28,693 bases of DNA from Cyanobacteria bacterium P01_D01_bin.156 (GTDB taxonomy: Bacteria > Cyanobacteriota > Cyanobacteriia > Phormidesmidales > Phormidesmidaceae), in the NCBI GenBank assembly GCA_039024555.1, contig JBCCQQ010000073.1:1-28693 (forward strand). The letters are read 5' to 3'. Below the pieces are notes generated by a model, which ran no database searches, was not told the origin of the DNA, and saw only the letters and a program-made list of their open reading frames with translations. This document shows, one piece after another, positions 8,752 through 18,695 of the stretch (positions are counted from its first letter, which is position 1; each line of letters opens with the position of its first letter). The translations under genes were made by a program, and so were the position numbers.

Positions 8752-10572
8752 TTAGGTAGTTGCCAATTGTTCAAACTGTGCAACACTTTTTTCTACAATG
8801 CCCAGGCTGGCCTGCCAGAACTCTGGCTGGGAAATGTCTTGTTGTAAGTGGTGCATGACTAACTCTTCAGCCGTCATGCTACCGGTGTCTCGTAGGATGG
8901 CGGTGTATAGCTCGTTAAAGTGTTCTCCATAGTGAGCTTGTTGGGCATAGATGCCTAAACTAAACAGATAGCCAAACAAGTAAGGATAGTTGTAAAAACC
9001 AAGCTGGGAGATTGAGAAGTGTAGCTTGGTTGCCCAGAACATATCATCATATTCAGACAAGCTATCTTCATACCAGTGGTGCCAGCTTTCGGCCATTATC
9101 GTCTTGAGCTTAGGCGCGATCGCAACTCCCTGCTTGCGGGCCTCCACTAGGCGTTTCTCAAATTCAAACCGGGCTGGAATATTCAATAAAAAGACGGCAG
9201 CACTTTCGGCATCTTGCCAGAGAAGGGAACGTTTTTGCGCTGGAGTTTTGGCCTGGTTCAGCAGGGCATCTCGTACCAGCGTTTCTGCAAAAATGCTGGC
9301 GGTCTCAGCCAGGGTCATGGGGTAGTAGGTACGCATCGGTGGCAGGTCGCGCATGACCCAGTTATGCCAAGCATGACCCAGCTCATGGGCTAGGGTCATA
9401 ACATTGCCCATGGTGCCTGCAAAGGTCATAAAAATCCTAGGTTCCCGAGGTTCGGCAAAGCGGGTACAGTAGGCTCCAGTGGCTCGATTTGGCGTGGGGG
9501 CAACATCAATCCACCCCTTTTCCGCCATCATTACGGCAAAGTTGCCCATCTCAGGGGTCAGCTTGCAGAATGCATTACTAATGAGTTCGATCGCCGCATC
9601 AAAGGAAAAAGTTTGGGGTTCGCCATCGGTGGGAGCAGGTGCCTGTAAATCCCAAGGAGCCATTTTTGGAATGTTGAGCACTTGAGCCATGGCGTTCAGG
9701 GCCCGTTGACCAATGGCCCGTTGCTGATACGTAGTATTCATCAGCGCCTCTAGGGTATTGCGCTCAATCCGGCTCTGATGACAGCTTTTATCGAGATAGT
9801 GCAGTTCGCGTACTGTGGCTCGTTTTTGAGTTTCTTCTAAGCGCCAACCGTTAATGGCATTGAGAATAGCGCTTGCCGTATCCTGATGCCCAATCCATGC
9901 ATTGCGAATGCCTTGCCAAGCGGCTCGCCGTGTTTCTCGTTGAGGAGCACTTTGCAGATTAGCCGCCTTAGCAAGGCCCATGACTTCGCCATTGATGTCA
10001 CATTTTAAGGTGCCGGCCAATGTGCTGTATAAGTTCCCCCAGCTATGGAGGCCGTTGGTGGCAAGACCGGTAATCAAACTCTCTTCGGCAATACTGAGTA
10101 ACTGATCCTGTAGCTTGCGCTGATGGATAAGTAAAAATCCCATTTCTTCTAGCACTGGATCTATGGTCAGCTCATGCACAAATTCAGCCCGTACCCGATT
10201 CAGAAAAACCTCCATGGGTTTCATGGCCTGACTGAGTTCTGCTCCAACCTGTTGAATAGTAGGCATCAGGCTACTGGCGCTGGCATCTTTGGCATCTACG
10301 CTAAGGGCCGTAGAAATATAGGTGCGAACGTTGCCCAGTTTTTTAAGGAGGGTGCTACGGGTTTGATGAATGCTACGTAGGGTGTCGAGTAGCGGAGAAA
10401 ATTCTGATTCTGGAAGTGTTTCAGCATTTTTAATATGCTGATTGAAAGGGGCACAGTCTGCTGCAAGCTGTGTGGTAATTTCTCTGATTTCGGTAATAGC
10501 TTTGGCGAGATCAGGATCGTTAGTACTGGTAAAGAAATGCTGATTTTCCCAGGTTTGCAGCAGTTGGGCCAT
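8752..10572 (-). CDS. M3 family oligoendopeptidase F (PepF)
   Basis: Zinc motif TLAHELGHAWH, TLAETAS, GAYC, FYNYPYLFGY. Start probably ATG 10572 (ORF track gives 10596). Confidence 0.93.
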   Translation of the reverse strand: MAQLLQTWENQHFFTSTNDPDLAKAITEIREITTQLAADCAPFNQHIKNAETLPESEFSPLLDTLRSIHQTRSTLLKKLGNVRTYISTALSVDAKDASASSLMPTIQQVGAELSQAMKPMEVFLNRVRAEFVHELTIDPVLEEMGFLLIHQRKLQDQLLSIAEESLITGLATNGLHSWGNLYSTLAGTLKCDINGEVMGLAKAANLQSAPQRETRRAAWQGIRNAWIGHQDTASAILNAINGWRLEETQKRATVRELHYLDKSCHQSRIERNTLEALMNTTYQQRAIGQRALNAMAQVLNIPKMAPWDLQAPAPTDGEPQTFSFDAAIELISNAFCKLTPEMGNFAVMMAEKGWIDVAPTPNRATGAYCTRFAEPREPRIFMTFAGTMGNVMTLAHELGHAWHNWVMRDLPPMRTYYPMTLAETASIFAETLVRDALLNQAKTPAQKRSLLWQDAESAAVFLLNIPARFEFEKRLVEARKQGVAIAPKLKTIMAESWHHWYEDSLSEYDDMFWATKLHFSISQLGFYNYPYLFGYLFSLGIYAQQAHYGEHFNELYTAILRDTGSMTAEELVMHHLQQDISQPEFWQASLGIVEKSVAQFEQLATT

Positions 10573-10682
10573 GGTGGGTTTGGGGATAGGATGCAATATT
10601 CAACTGAGTTGATGGTAGCTCCTGGTTGAGGTGCTGTGTGGTTTAAGGTTAACTGTTGAGTGTTGTTGTATGTGCGATCGCA

Positions 10683-11501
10683 GTGTCTACTATTGAGCAG
10701 ATTTTGATTACCGGTGCTACGGGTGGAGTAGGGCAGCTGGCTGTCGCTTATGCTTTGGGCCAAGGTTATGGAGTCAGGGCATTAACCCGTAACGTCAACA
10801 AAGCGCGTGCCTTGTTCGATGAACGTGTGGACATGTGTGAGGCAGATCTGCGAATGCCTGATAGTTTGCCGGCCACGCTAGATGGCATAGATGCTGTCAT
10901 TTGTTGCAGTGGTACAACCGCCTTCCCATCTGATAAATGGGAGGTTGAGCTACCGTCACAACCTTGGGAGCAACTCTTAACCTGGGGACGAATTTTTACA
11001 GATACTGAGTATCGTCAAAGTCAGACAAAAAATTCTCCCGCAGTGGCCGATGGTCAGGGTGTGACTAACCTGATTGATGCGGCTAAAACCTCTTCAGTGC
11101 AGCGATTTGTATTTATCTCGTCCCTGGGGGTGGAGCGCAAACAGCAAATTCCCTTTAGCATTCTCAATGCCTATGGTGTTTTAGACGCTAAGGAAAAAGC
11201 TGAAAATGCCCTGCGAAGTTCGGAGCTTAGCTATACGATTGTTCGTCCAGGGCGTTTAATCGATGGCCCCTACACCTCCTATGACCTCAATACTCTGATC
11301 AAAGCATCGACCGATGGTAAACAGGGGGTGGTGCTTGGACGGGGTGATCAGTTATTGGGACAGACCAGCCGTAAAGATGTTGCAGCTGCTTGTGTCGAGG
11401 CTCTTAGGGAACCAGCTACCGTCAATCAAACGTTTGAAGTGATTAACCAGGGTCAGCGACCCTCGACCATTGCATGGTCGCAGCTATTTACCAATCTATA
11501 A
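10683..11501 (+). CDS. Atypical SDR / NAD(P)H-binding protein (SDR_a5, Tic62-like)
   Basis: ILITGATGGVG Rossmann motif, CSGTTAFPS, YTIVRPGRLIDGP, SRKDVA. Start uncertain (10656 or 10683). Confidence 0.88.
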   Translation: MSTIEQILITGATGGVGQLAVAYALGQGYGVRALTRNVNKARALFDERVDMCEADLRMPDSLPATLDGIDAVICCSGTTAFPSDKWEVELPSQPWEQLLTWGRIFTDTEYRQSQTKNSPAVADGQGVTNLIDAAKTSSVQRFVFISSLGVERKQQIPFSILNAYGVLDAKEKAENALRSSELSYTIVRPGRLIDGPYTSYDLNTLIKASTDGKQGVVLGRGDQLLGQTSRKDVAAACVEALREPATVNQTFEVINQGQRPSTIAWSQLFTNL

Positions 11502-11527
11502 TCGCTTGTACACAGGTTCTATCTTGT

Positions 11528-11818
11528 TTAGGTATCAGAAGAAATTAGCGATCTGGAGGTGTCTAATTGTTGTGGAGACTGTTCATCTTTGAGCATCTGC
11601 TGCTTGCGATTGCTATGCATGCGTTTGTTGATGTTGCGTACGGCTGGTCTGGCAGGTGGCTTTGCAGTTGGCGCAACAATATGGGTTACTGTCTGGGCTA
11701 CGTTGAGTAACAGCATGTGAGTAAACAGTAACAGTGGTAGCTGTTTAGATAGAGGCCATGGGTGGTGAAACCACTGACTTGAGTCTGATTCCGATTCATT
11801 TAGATCATGACATGACAT
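11528..11818 (-). CDS. Possible small hypothetical protein with one hydrophobic segment
   Basis: 3' part of the 142-aa ORF. The 5' part overlaps a structured RNA-like region, so a start at ATG 11818 is assumed. No homology recognised. Confidence 0.35.
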   Translation of the reverse strand: MSCHDLNESESDSSQWFHHPWPLSKQLPLLLFTHMLLLNVAQTVTHIVAPTAKPPARPAVRNINKRMHSNRKQQMLKDEQSPQQLDTSRSLISSDT

Positions 11819-11870
11819 GGAGCGATGAGATTTTGTAAACACTCTTTTATAGTGATACGAAAATTTGATC

Positions 11871-11990
11871 AAAAAATCGCTATGGCAGCTTCTTTCATGG
11901 GAAGTGCAGCTGCCGAGATGGAAGGGTGGGAATGAGGAGGCCATGCTGAGGTACATGCCTCAGCATGGTAATTGCATCTGTTGAGATGTT
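11871..11990 (-). ncRNA. Candidate small RNA or structured 5' leader
   Basis: Perfect 11-bp inverted repeat (11941-11968), a C/U-rich linker, a second hairpin (11884-11914), a U6 tract, and a TACGAT -10-like box at 12002-11997. Confidence 0.4.
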
Positions 11991-12201
11991 GTCAGCATCG
12001 TAAAATATTGATGTGTCAATAGTCTCCATAGATATTCAGGAATGACATAGATGGAATGCTAAAATCGCATTTCTCGTTATTCCCGTTGTCCATGAGAGCA
12101 GATAGATCTGTTGCGAGAGTGGATGTCCTCTGCTTTGGGTATCTTGTTAGACCTCTTCTTAGCCGAGCTTTAAGGTTTTGCTAGTAGGGTACTCCTGTAA
12201 T

Positions 12202-13851
12202 TTACTGGGCTGTTTGTTTGAGTTCTGCCAGAATAGCGTCAGTGGGATTCAGCTGATTTAGTCGTGTATTGTCAGCATCTTGTACGGTTACCCAGGGCTC
12301 AATGTCTTCTGCATTCACCCAAGCAGAGTAGTATTTGATCTCGGTCATATCGGTTGTAATTTGGAGGAGATCAAACTCTCCTCGCATCGTTTGCCAGTTG
12401 AAAGCATAATTTTCAGCTGGATCGCCTATGCCATTGGGGCCACCGCCTACATAGTTGATAGCTACCTGGTCCCAGGGGCGAACAAACTGTGACCCATTCC
12501 AACTCCAGTTGCGTCCAGGCCACCAAAAGTACCCGTCATCCGGATTGCTGTCTGGTCCTGGATAATAGTCTGCTCCCTGGGCGATCTGGATGGTGATGCC
12601 TGGTTGATAAGTGATCTCATAGCGCAGAGGGGAGTCTGAACTCGTATCTGAGCCTTGTTCTGCTAGCCACAAAATGTCTGCTGATGTGGAGGTTTCAACC
12701 TGATTGATGGGTGTATCATCTAGCAGACTGGCATAAATGTTTGCACCTGCTGGAAGATCAGCCATGGCTGTAAAGTTCCAGCAGACCCAATTGTCATAGG
12801 TGTTGATCATGGTCCAATCCACTTCACATACGCCACTTCCAGTAGCTACCCATAGCTGTTTATCGGTGACCCATAGTTGAGTTGGAATGGCCCCAGTCAT
12901 TGGGCTATTTTCGATGGTGTAACTTTGAAAAGTATTGCTGATGGGTTGATAGCTGACTAATCCATGGGCTGGCAGATAGGGGTTACCCTCTCCAGAATAT
13001 TGAGTGCCTAGCCAAAGGGTAATGGCATCATCATCATCTGTAGTGATGGCCATATCGTTAATCTGAGCACTATCCAGCTGGTCGGGTTGCAGAATATTGA
13101 CTTGCTCAGTAGCTAGGTCATATTGAATCAGGGTGGCAATACCGCTAAATCCTTCACCCTGTTCAAAACCAATGGCCCACCAAATGGCGCTGTCGGTAAT
13201 TAGGGTTTGAGCGATCTCGGGGACTCCAGCAGACGCTCCCAGCTCACGGTCAACAATGTCGGTGTTGGTGTAAAGCACGGTGGCAGTGGGGGTGGCTTGT
13301 CCCGGTTTTAGGAGTTCAAAAACGACCTTTTCAAGAGGGGGCTCCTGACTGTCAAGTAGATCGTTCGAGCCTTCCACCCAAGGAGCATCGAGACGCACTC
13401 GTGCTTCATAGGTTTGTCCGTCAGACGCTGTTATATTGCTGTAGTCTGGATTGCTTAGGGCTTCGTAGTAGTTGGCATAGTCTTCTTCAGTTGCAGCGAG
13501 CGGGGGGATAGATTCAACTCCCCAGGTGCGATCGCGTTTGCAGAAGATAAAGCTGTAGCGGTTGCCTGCAAACGTGAGGGTGTCGTCGGTCTCGGTTACT
13601 AGCGTGGGGCGAAAGTCAAAGCGTTCAAAGGGTAATTCGATATCTGTAGCGGGCTGAAGAGGCACCTGGCTAGCCATCGGGGTGCAGCTGTTAATGTCTG
13701 CTTCGGCGACTGGTGAAGTGCTGGAAGATGTTGGAGGTTCAGGGGCGGCGATCTGATTTGTGGGTAAGCTGCAGCTGCTAAGTGCGATCGCAAGACTGAT
13801 CCATCCCCAATGTAAGCGTCCCATGGCTAGCATCTTTGTAACCCCAATCAT
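12202..13851 (-). CDS. Large acidic hypothetical lipoprotein (probable beta-propeller-like region)
   Basis: Hydrophobic signal with lipobox ALSS-C, P/S/T linker, and repeated beta-strand motifs (IWWAIG, LWLGT, LWVATGSGV). The start may be a few codons downstream. Confidence 0.82.
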   Translation of the reverse strand: MIGVTKMLAMGRLHWGWISLAIALSSCSLPTNQIAAPEPPTSSSTSPVAEADINSCTPMASQVPLQPATDIELPFERFDFRPTLVTETDDTLTFAGNRYSFIFCKRDRTWGVESIPPLAATEEDYANYYEALSNPDYSNITASDGQTYEARVRLDAPWVEGSNDLLDSQEPPLEKVVFELLKPGQATPTATVLYTNTDIVDRELGASAGVPEIAQTLITDSAIWWAIGFEQGEGFSGIATLIQYDLATEQVNILQPDQLDSAQINDMAITTDDDDAITLWLGTQYSGEGNPYLPAHGLVSYQPISNTFQSYTIENSPMTGAIPTQLWVTDKQLWVATGSGVCEVDWTMINTYDNWVCWNFTAMADLPAGANIYASLLDDTPINQVETSTSADILWLAEQGSDTSSDSPLRYEITYQPGITIQIAQGADYYPGPDSNPDDGYFWWPGRNWSWNGSQFVRPWDQVAINYVGGGPNGIGDPAENYAFNWQTMRGEFDLLQITTDMTEIKYYSAWVNAEDIEPWVTVQDADNTRLNQLNPTDAILAELKQTAQ

Positions 13852-14054
13852 TCTTCCTAAACGTTTCCACTGGTTTCCCTAAATCTAGAGTAATGATTTC
13901 TGGTGCGAGTACATTACCCTAGGCCCACCTACACAATTGGCATGCTGGATTTGGCCTAACTAGAGTATGGAATGCACCATGAGCTCCGTGCAGATTTTGA
14001 GCATTACTTTTAAGATCATAGAGGTCTTGCCTACTGCCCTCGTCAAATTTACCC

Positions 14055-16067
14055 ATGACAGACTTTGATATTCAAGCTCCCTTTGAACCCAAGGGTGATC
14101 AGCCAAAGGCGATTGCTGGCATGATCAAGTATTTGCAGGGGGGCGGACAGTACCAGACGCTATTGGGAGCTACGGGTACCGGTAAGACCCATAGCGTGGC
14201 TCGGGTGATTGATAAAGTCGGTAGGCCAGCGCTAGTTTTGGCCCACAATAAGACGCTGGCAGCTCAGCTATGTAATGAACTCAGGGAATTCTTTCCCAAT
14301 AATGCGGTCGAGTACTTTATCAGTTATTACGACTACTATCAGCCAGAAGCTTATATACCGGTTACTGATACCTACATCGCTAAAACCGCATCAATTAATG
14401 AAGAAATTGATATGCTGCGGCACTCTGCAACCCGCTCCTTATTTGAGCGTCGGGATGTGATTGTAGTGGCATCTATCAGCTGTATCTATGGTTTAGGAAT
14501 TCCCACAGAGTATCTCAAAGCGTCTATTCCTCTACGGGTTGGCATGGAAGTCAACCAGCGCCAGATATTAAGGGATCTTGCCTCGGTACAGTACAGCCGC
14601 AATGATATTGACTTGGGTCGTGGGCGCTTTCGCGTTAAGGGCGATGTCCTTGAAATTGGTCCAGCTTACGAAGATCGAATTATTCGAGTCGAGTTCTTTG
14701 GCGACGAAATTGATGCTATTCGCTATGTGGATCCGGTGACAGGTTCGACGCTCCAAAGTATGGAAGCTCTGAATATTTACCCGGCTCGTCACTTTGTTAC
14801 CCCTGACGATAAGTTAGAGTCTGCCTGTACCAACATCAGAGAAGAGCTTCGAGATCAGCTGGAGTTTTTGGAAAAAGAAGGCAAACTTCTGGAAGCTCAG
14901 CGACTGGAGCAGCGAACAAAATATGATCTGGAAATGCTCCAGGAAGTGGGTTATTGCAATGGTGTTGAAAACTATTCGCGTCACCTAGCAGGACGTGAGG
15001 CGGGTGCGCCTCCTGAATGTCTGCTGGATTATTTCCCTGATGATTGGCTCTTGGTAATCGATGAGTCCCATGTGACTATTCCTCAGTTGCGAGGAATGTA
15101 TAACGGAGACCAGGCGAGAAAAAAGGTTTTAATTGACCATGGATTTCGTCTGCCTAGTGCTGCGGATAATCGTCCCCTGAAGGCAGAAGAGTTTTGGCAA
15201 AAGGTCAAACAATGTATTTTTGTCTCGGCAACGCCGGGAGCGTGGGAATTAGAAATCTCTGAAGATCGCATCGTTGAGCAAATAATTCGACCAACTGGCG
15301 TGCTAGATCCTGAGATTTTTGTTCGTCCCACTACGGGGCAAGTGGATGACCTATTAGGAGAGATCAAAGATCGGGTGGAGCGTAATGAACGCACATTGGT
15401 GACTACGTTGACTAAACGTATGGCAGAAGATTTAACAGAGTATTTTGACGAGCATGGTGTGCGGGTTCGCTATCTTCACTCTGAGATTCATTCCATTGAG
15501 CGCATCGAGATCATTCAAGACTTGCGCAATGGCAATTTTGATGTGCTGGTGGGTGTAAACCTGTTGCGGGAAGGTTTAGATTTACCTGAAGTTTCTCTAG
15601 TAGCTATCTTGGATGCAGATAAGGAAGGCTTTTTGCGGGCAGAGCGCTCTCTGATTCAAACCATTGGGCGAGCGGCTCGTCACGTTCAGGGTAAGGCGAT
15701 TCTCTATGCGGATAACTTAACCGACAGTATGGCTAAGGCCATTGATGAGACCGAACGTCGCCGGACTATTCAACAGGCCCACAATAAAAAGCATGGGATT
15801 GAACCTAAACCGATTGTGCGTCGCAAGACCAACGCAATTCTTTCGTTTTTGGAGGTCTCTCGGCGGCTCAATGCTCAGGAACTTGAAGACGTTTATGAAC
15901 AGCGTGATGATTTGCCTCTAGAAGATATTCCTGAACTTATTAGCCAGTTGGAGAAGCAGATGAAGGCGGCGGCTAAGGAGCTAGATTTTGAAGAGGCTGC
16001 AAAATTTCGCGATCGCATCAAGCATCTACGCGAAAGGCTTTTAGGAAAGCGTACGGCTGTTGATTAG
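14055..16067 (+). CDS. uvrB: Excinuclease ABC subunit B
   Basis: [45 protein letters not shown]-terminal UVR motif [11 protein letters not shown]. Confidence 0.99.
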   Translation: MTDFDIQAPFEPKGDQPKAIAGMIKYLQGGGQYQTLLGATGTGKTHSVARVIDKVGRPALVLAHNKTLAAQLCNELREFFPNNAVEYFISYYDYYQPEAYIPVTDTYIAKTASINEEIDMLRHSATRSLFERRDVIVVASISCIYGLGIPTEYLKASIPLRVGMEVNQRQILRDLASVQYSRNDIDLGRGRFRVKGDVLEIGPAYEDRIIRVEFFGDEIDAIRYVDPVTGSTLQSMEALNIYPARHFVTPDDKLESACTNIREELRDQLEFLEKEGKLLEAQRLEQRTKYDLEMLQEVGYCNGVENYSRHLAGREAGAPPECLLDYFPDDWLLVIDESHVTIPQLRGMYNGDQARKKVLIDHGFRLPSAADNRPLKAEEFWQKVKQCIFVSATPGAWELEISEDRIVEQIIRPTGVLDPEIFVRPTTGQVDDLLGEIKDRVERNERTLVTTLTKRMAEDLTEYFDEHGVRVRYLHSEIHSIERIEIIQDLRNGNFDVLVGVNLLREGLDLPEVSLVAILDADKEGFLRAERSLIQTIGRAARHVQGKAILYADNLTDSMAKAIDETERRRTIQQAHNKKHGIEPKPIVRRKTNAILSFLEVSRRLNAQELEDVYEQRDDLPLEDIPELISQLEKQMKAAAKELDFEEAAKFRDRIKHLRERLLGKRTAVD

Positions 16068-16095
16068 TTCTCTTGACTGCTAGCGTCTGAGGAGC

Positions 16096-17127
16096 TCAGC
16101 GATTAGCCGTACGGTTCTTAGAGTAATACCGGTACAGAGAGACCAGCATCACCTTCAGGGCACGGTTGATTCCATCCGTGGTCTTTAGACAGTGGGCTAG
16201 AATTGTCAGCTTGCTCTCAAAGTCACCATAAGTCGTGCAATATTCAAAGGTTTCCTCTAATAAATTCCTTAAGGACTTACCCTGTAAAATCTGTCGCTGT
16301 AAGGGACTATCTGCATAGGGACCATAGAGAATGGAGTACAGCAGCACCCGTACCTGATTGGGGTCGCATTTCTCTGAGAGTTCACGCTCCAGTAGCGTCA
16401 GGCTGTCAGGTGTAGTGACTACTGGCTTCGCAGGAGCAACTACATAGAGTGGGCGAAAAGCCCGTAAAATCTTGCGAGCAACGAGCTGCGCTTTGGCTGG
16501 TGATGTCTGATTGCGGGTAATGGCAAGTAGGTTCTGTTTAAGCTGTAGGGGCGTAGGTGCCTGACGGTGAGCAAGCTGCACCAGGCTCAATAAATCACTA
16601 CTGGCCGTATCGGCAATCTTGCCAGGGCGCTGTCCTAAATATCCTAAGAATGTTCTGATTATACTCAGATCCTCGGCCTTGGATAATGCATCAATAACCG
16701 GTTGATACCGTTCTCCTTTAGCCAGTGTTTGTACCGAAGCCGATAAATTGGCAGCCTGCTGATCGGTGGAAGCACGATGCTGTTCTGGTGGTAGAAAAAC
16801 CACACGTAGGTAATGCAGAATTGTATTTGCGATCGCTATATATAGCTTTTTTCGATTCAGATTATTGGCTTTCTGATGCAGATCTTCTCGGCACTGCTGC
16901 AGTGTAGAGTAGCGGCCTAACAGGATAGTAATCAAAGAATGCACCGAAACCGTATCCAGCACAGAAGGCTCATTTTCCCATGTCCCATAGCAAACGCTGA
17001 ACAAGAGCTTTTTGATACGTAGATGCTGGGAATGTTGCATTAAATTACCCACCGCTTGCTCTATGGCTTCCTGCCTTTTTGCAAATACCGGTTGGGAGTA
17101 GCCAATCGAGAGACCGTCGAGGGACAT
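16096..17127 (-). CDS. Hypothetical all-helical protein with about three diverged internal repeats
   Basis: 343-aa ORF with ATG start. Segments RIKKLLFSVCYG..SLITILL..TLQQCREDL and QVRVLLYSILYG..NLLEETF..TYGDFESKL look homologous. Confidence 0.8.
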   Translation of the reverse strand: MSLDGLSIGYSQPVFAKRQEAIEQAVGNLMQHSQHLRIKKLLFSVCYGTWENEPSVLDTVSVHSLITILLGRYSTLQQCREDLHQKANNLNRKKLYIAIANTILHYLRVVFLPPEQHRASTDQQAANLSASVQTLAKGERYQPVIDALSKAEDLSIIRTFLGYLGQRPGKIADTASSDLLSLVQLAHRQAPTPLQLKQNLLAITRNQTSPAKAQLVARKILRAFRPLYVVAPAKPVVTTPDSLTLLERELSEKCDPNQVRVLLYSILYGPYADSPLQRQILQGKSLRNLLEETFEYCTTYGDFESKLTILAHCLKTTDGINRALKVMLVSLYRYYSKNRTANR

Positions 17128-17304
17128 GGTTTTTGGCGGAATAATCGCTACTATTGACCTTGATTAATATTCACATCTTAGAACTAAATTGGCTACTCCA
17201 GTTCATGGAGTCTTTAATGGAGATGGTCAATTCCTTTGCATATGCATTGATAACTTTACAATTCAGTATATATACCGATGCAATTTACCCAACTATGCTA
17301 GTCC

Positions 17305-17328
17305 TTCAGGTGTTAATGAGCACCTGAA
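17305..17328. terminator. Hairpin downstream of the ABC ATPase gene
   Basis: TTCAGGTG (17305-17312)/CACCTGAA (17321-17328); no clear U tract. Confidence 0.3.
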
Positions 17329-17486
17329 CTACAATTAAAATACGGTTGTAAAAAATAAATGACGTAGCCAAAAAATAAGGCGCTGTAACTTTGGAGGGCT
17401 TTTGCACTGCACTTCTAGCTCATGGGTAGTTGCCTAGCGCGTCTTCTTGTCTAAACCAGATGTGGCGGTCAAGCTGTCTCACCATG

Positions 17487-18587
17487 TTAGATAGTCTGCT
17501 CAGATTCACGATCGAACAGGTGAATGCGCTGGCTATCGAGCTGTAGAGTGATGGTCTCGCCTGGAATAACCGTAGCCCGAGGGTCGAGACGTGCAACAAT
17601 TTCCTTCTCCTGATGAATCATGGCGTATATGATGCGCTCATGGCCCATAAGTTCTACTACTGATACGGTGGCTTCGATGGCAGTCGGGTGAATACCAGGC
17701 GGTAAGTAGTGAGGGTGATAGATAGCTTCGGGGCGAATTCCCAGGATAATGGGCTGGTCAATGTACGTTTCAATACTCTCTAGTGTTCGAGTGAGAGGCA
17801 TACTAAAGCTACTAGTTTTTACCACTGGTTGATTGTCGTGCTGGTGTAGCGTGGCTTCTAGAAAATTCATAGATGGACTACCCAGAAATCCTGCCACAAA
17901 CATATTAGTAGGGCACTCGTAGATTGTTTGTGGGGTATCCACTTGTTGCAAAATACCCTGATTCATAATGGCGATGCGGTTTCCCATAGTCATTGCTTCT
18001 ACTTGATCATGGGTGACATAAATAAAGGTGGTACCCAGACGCTGGTGGAGTTTATTCAGTTCTGCCCTAGCCTGGACTCTGAGTTTGGCATCTAAATTAG
18101 AAAGGGGTTCATCCATTAAAAAAGCAGCTGGATTACGCACAATAGCTCGACCGACGGCTACCCGTTGTCGCTGGCCGCCAGAGAGTTGCTTGGGTTTTCG
18201 ATTCAGCAGAGATTCAATGCCAAGTTGTTGCGCCGCTTGCTGCACACGTTTCTGAATATCGACTTTGGCAATGCCTTGGAGTTCTAAGCTAAAGGCCATA
18301 TTGTCAAAGACACTCATATGGGGATAAAGAGCATAGGACTGGAACACCATGGCAATATCGCGATCCTTAGGCGGCAATTCATTGACTTGTCGATCGTCAA
18401 TATAAATAGCGCCGTTGCTAATGCTTTCTAGACCTGCCAACATCCGCAGGGAAGTGGTTTTACCACAGCCAGAAGGCCCTACCAGCACCAAAAACTCGCG
18501 ATCGCGAATATCTAAATTGAGATCCTTAACAGCCATATAGCCGTTTTCATATTGTTTGGTGACTTGCTCAAACCGAACACTGGCCAT
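17487..18587 (-). CDS. Carbohydrate ABC transporter ATP-binding subunit (MalK/UgpC/MsiK family)
   Basis: GPSGCGKTT, MVFQSYALYPHM, LSGGQRQR, DEPLSNLDAKLR, YVTHDQVEAMT, C-terminal TOBE region. Confidence 0.97.
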   Translation of the reverse strand: MASVRFEQVTKQYENGYMAVKDLNLDIRDREFLVLVGPSGCGKTTSLRMLAGLESISNGAIYIDDRQVNELPPKDRDIAMVFQSYALYPHMSVFDNMAFSLELQGIAKVDIQKRVQQAAQQLGIESLLNRKPKQLSGGQRQRVAVGRAIVRNPAAFLMDEPLSNLDAKLRVQARAELNKLHQRLGTTFIYVTHDQVEAMTMGNRIAIMNQGILQQVDTPQTIYECPTNMFVAGFLGSPSMNFLEATLHQHDNQPVVKTSSFSMPLTRTLESIETYIDQPIILGIRPEAIYHPHYLPPGIHPTAIEATVSVVELMGHERIIYAMIHQEKEIVARLDPRATVIPGETITLQLDSQRIHLFDRESEQTI

Positions 18588-18695
18588 GGCTATCCGTTTC
18601 CCAATAGGTGTCTCTATTGTTCAAAATGGTAACGGTAATCGTGATAGATAGTCGTGGGAGAATATAAACTAATCGTGTCAACACCTCCAAGAGCT

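Noticed and set aside
11934..11984. Plus-strand GAGGAGG followed by a short ORF MLRYMPQHGNCIC
   Set aside because: ATG spacings (2 and 14 nt) are poor and the ORF lies in the perfect stem. It is better explained as the complement of the minus-strand anti-SD tract.
13852..14054. LexA/SOS box upstream of uvrB
   Set aside because: Only a half-site-like AGTAC near 13908; no complete cyanobacterial LexA palindrome.
6367..17465. Identical 12-mer AACCAGATGTGG at 6367 and 17454, both near gene ends
   Set aside because: Several chance 12-mer matches are expected in 28.7 kb, and the match does not extend.
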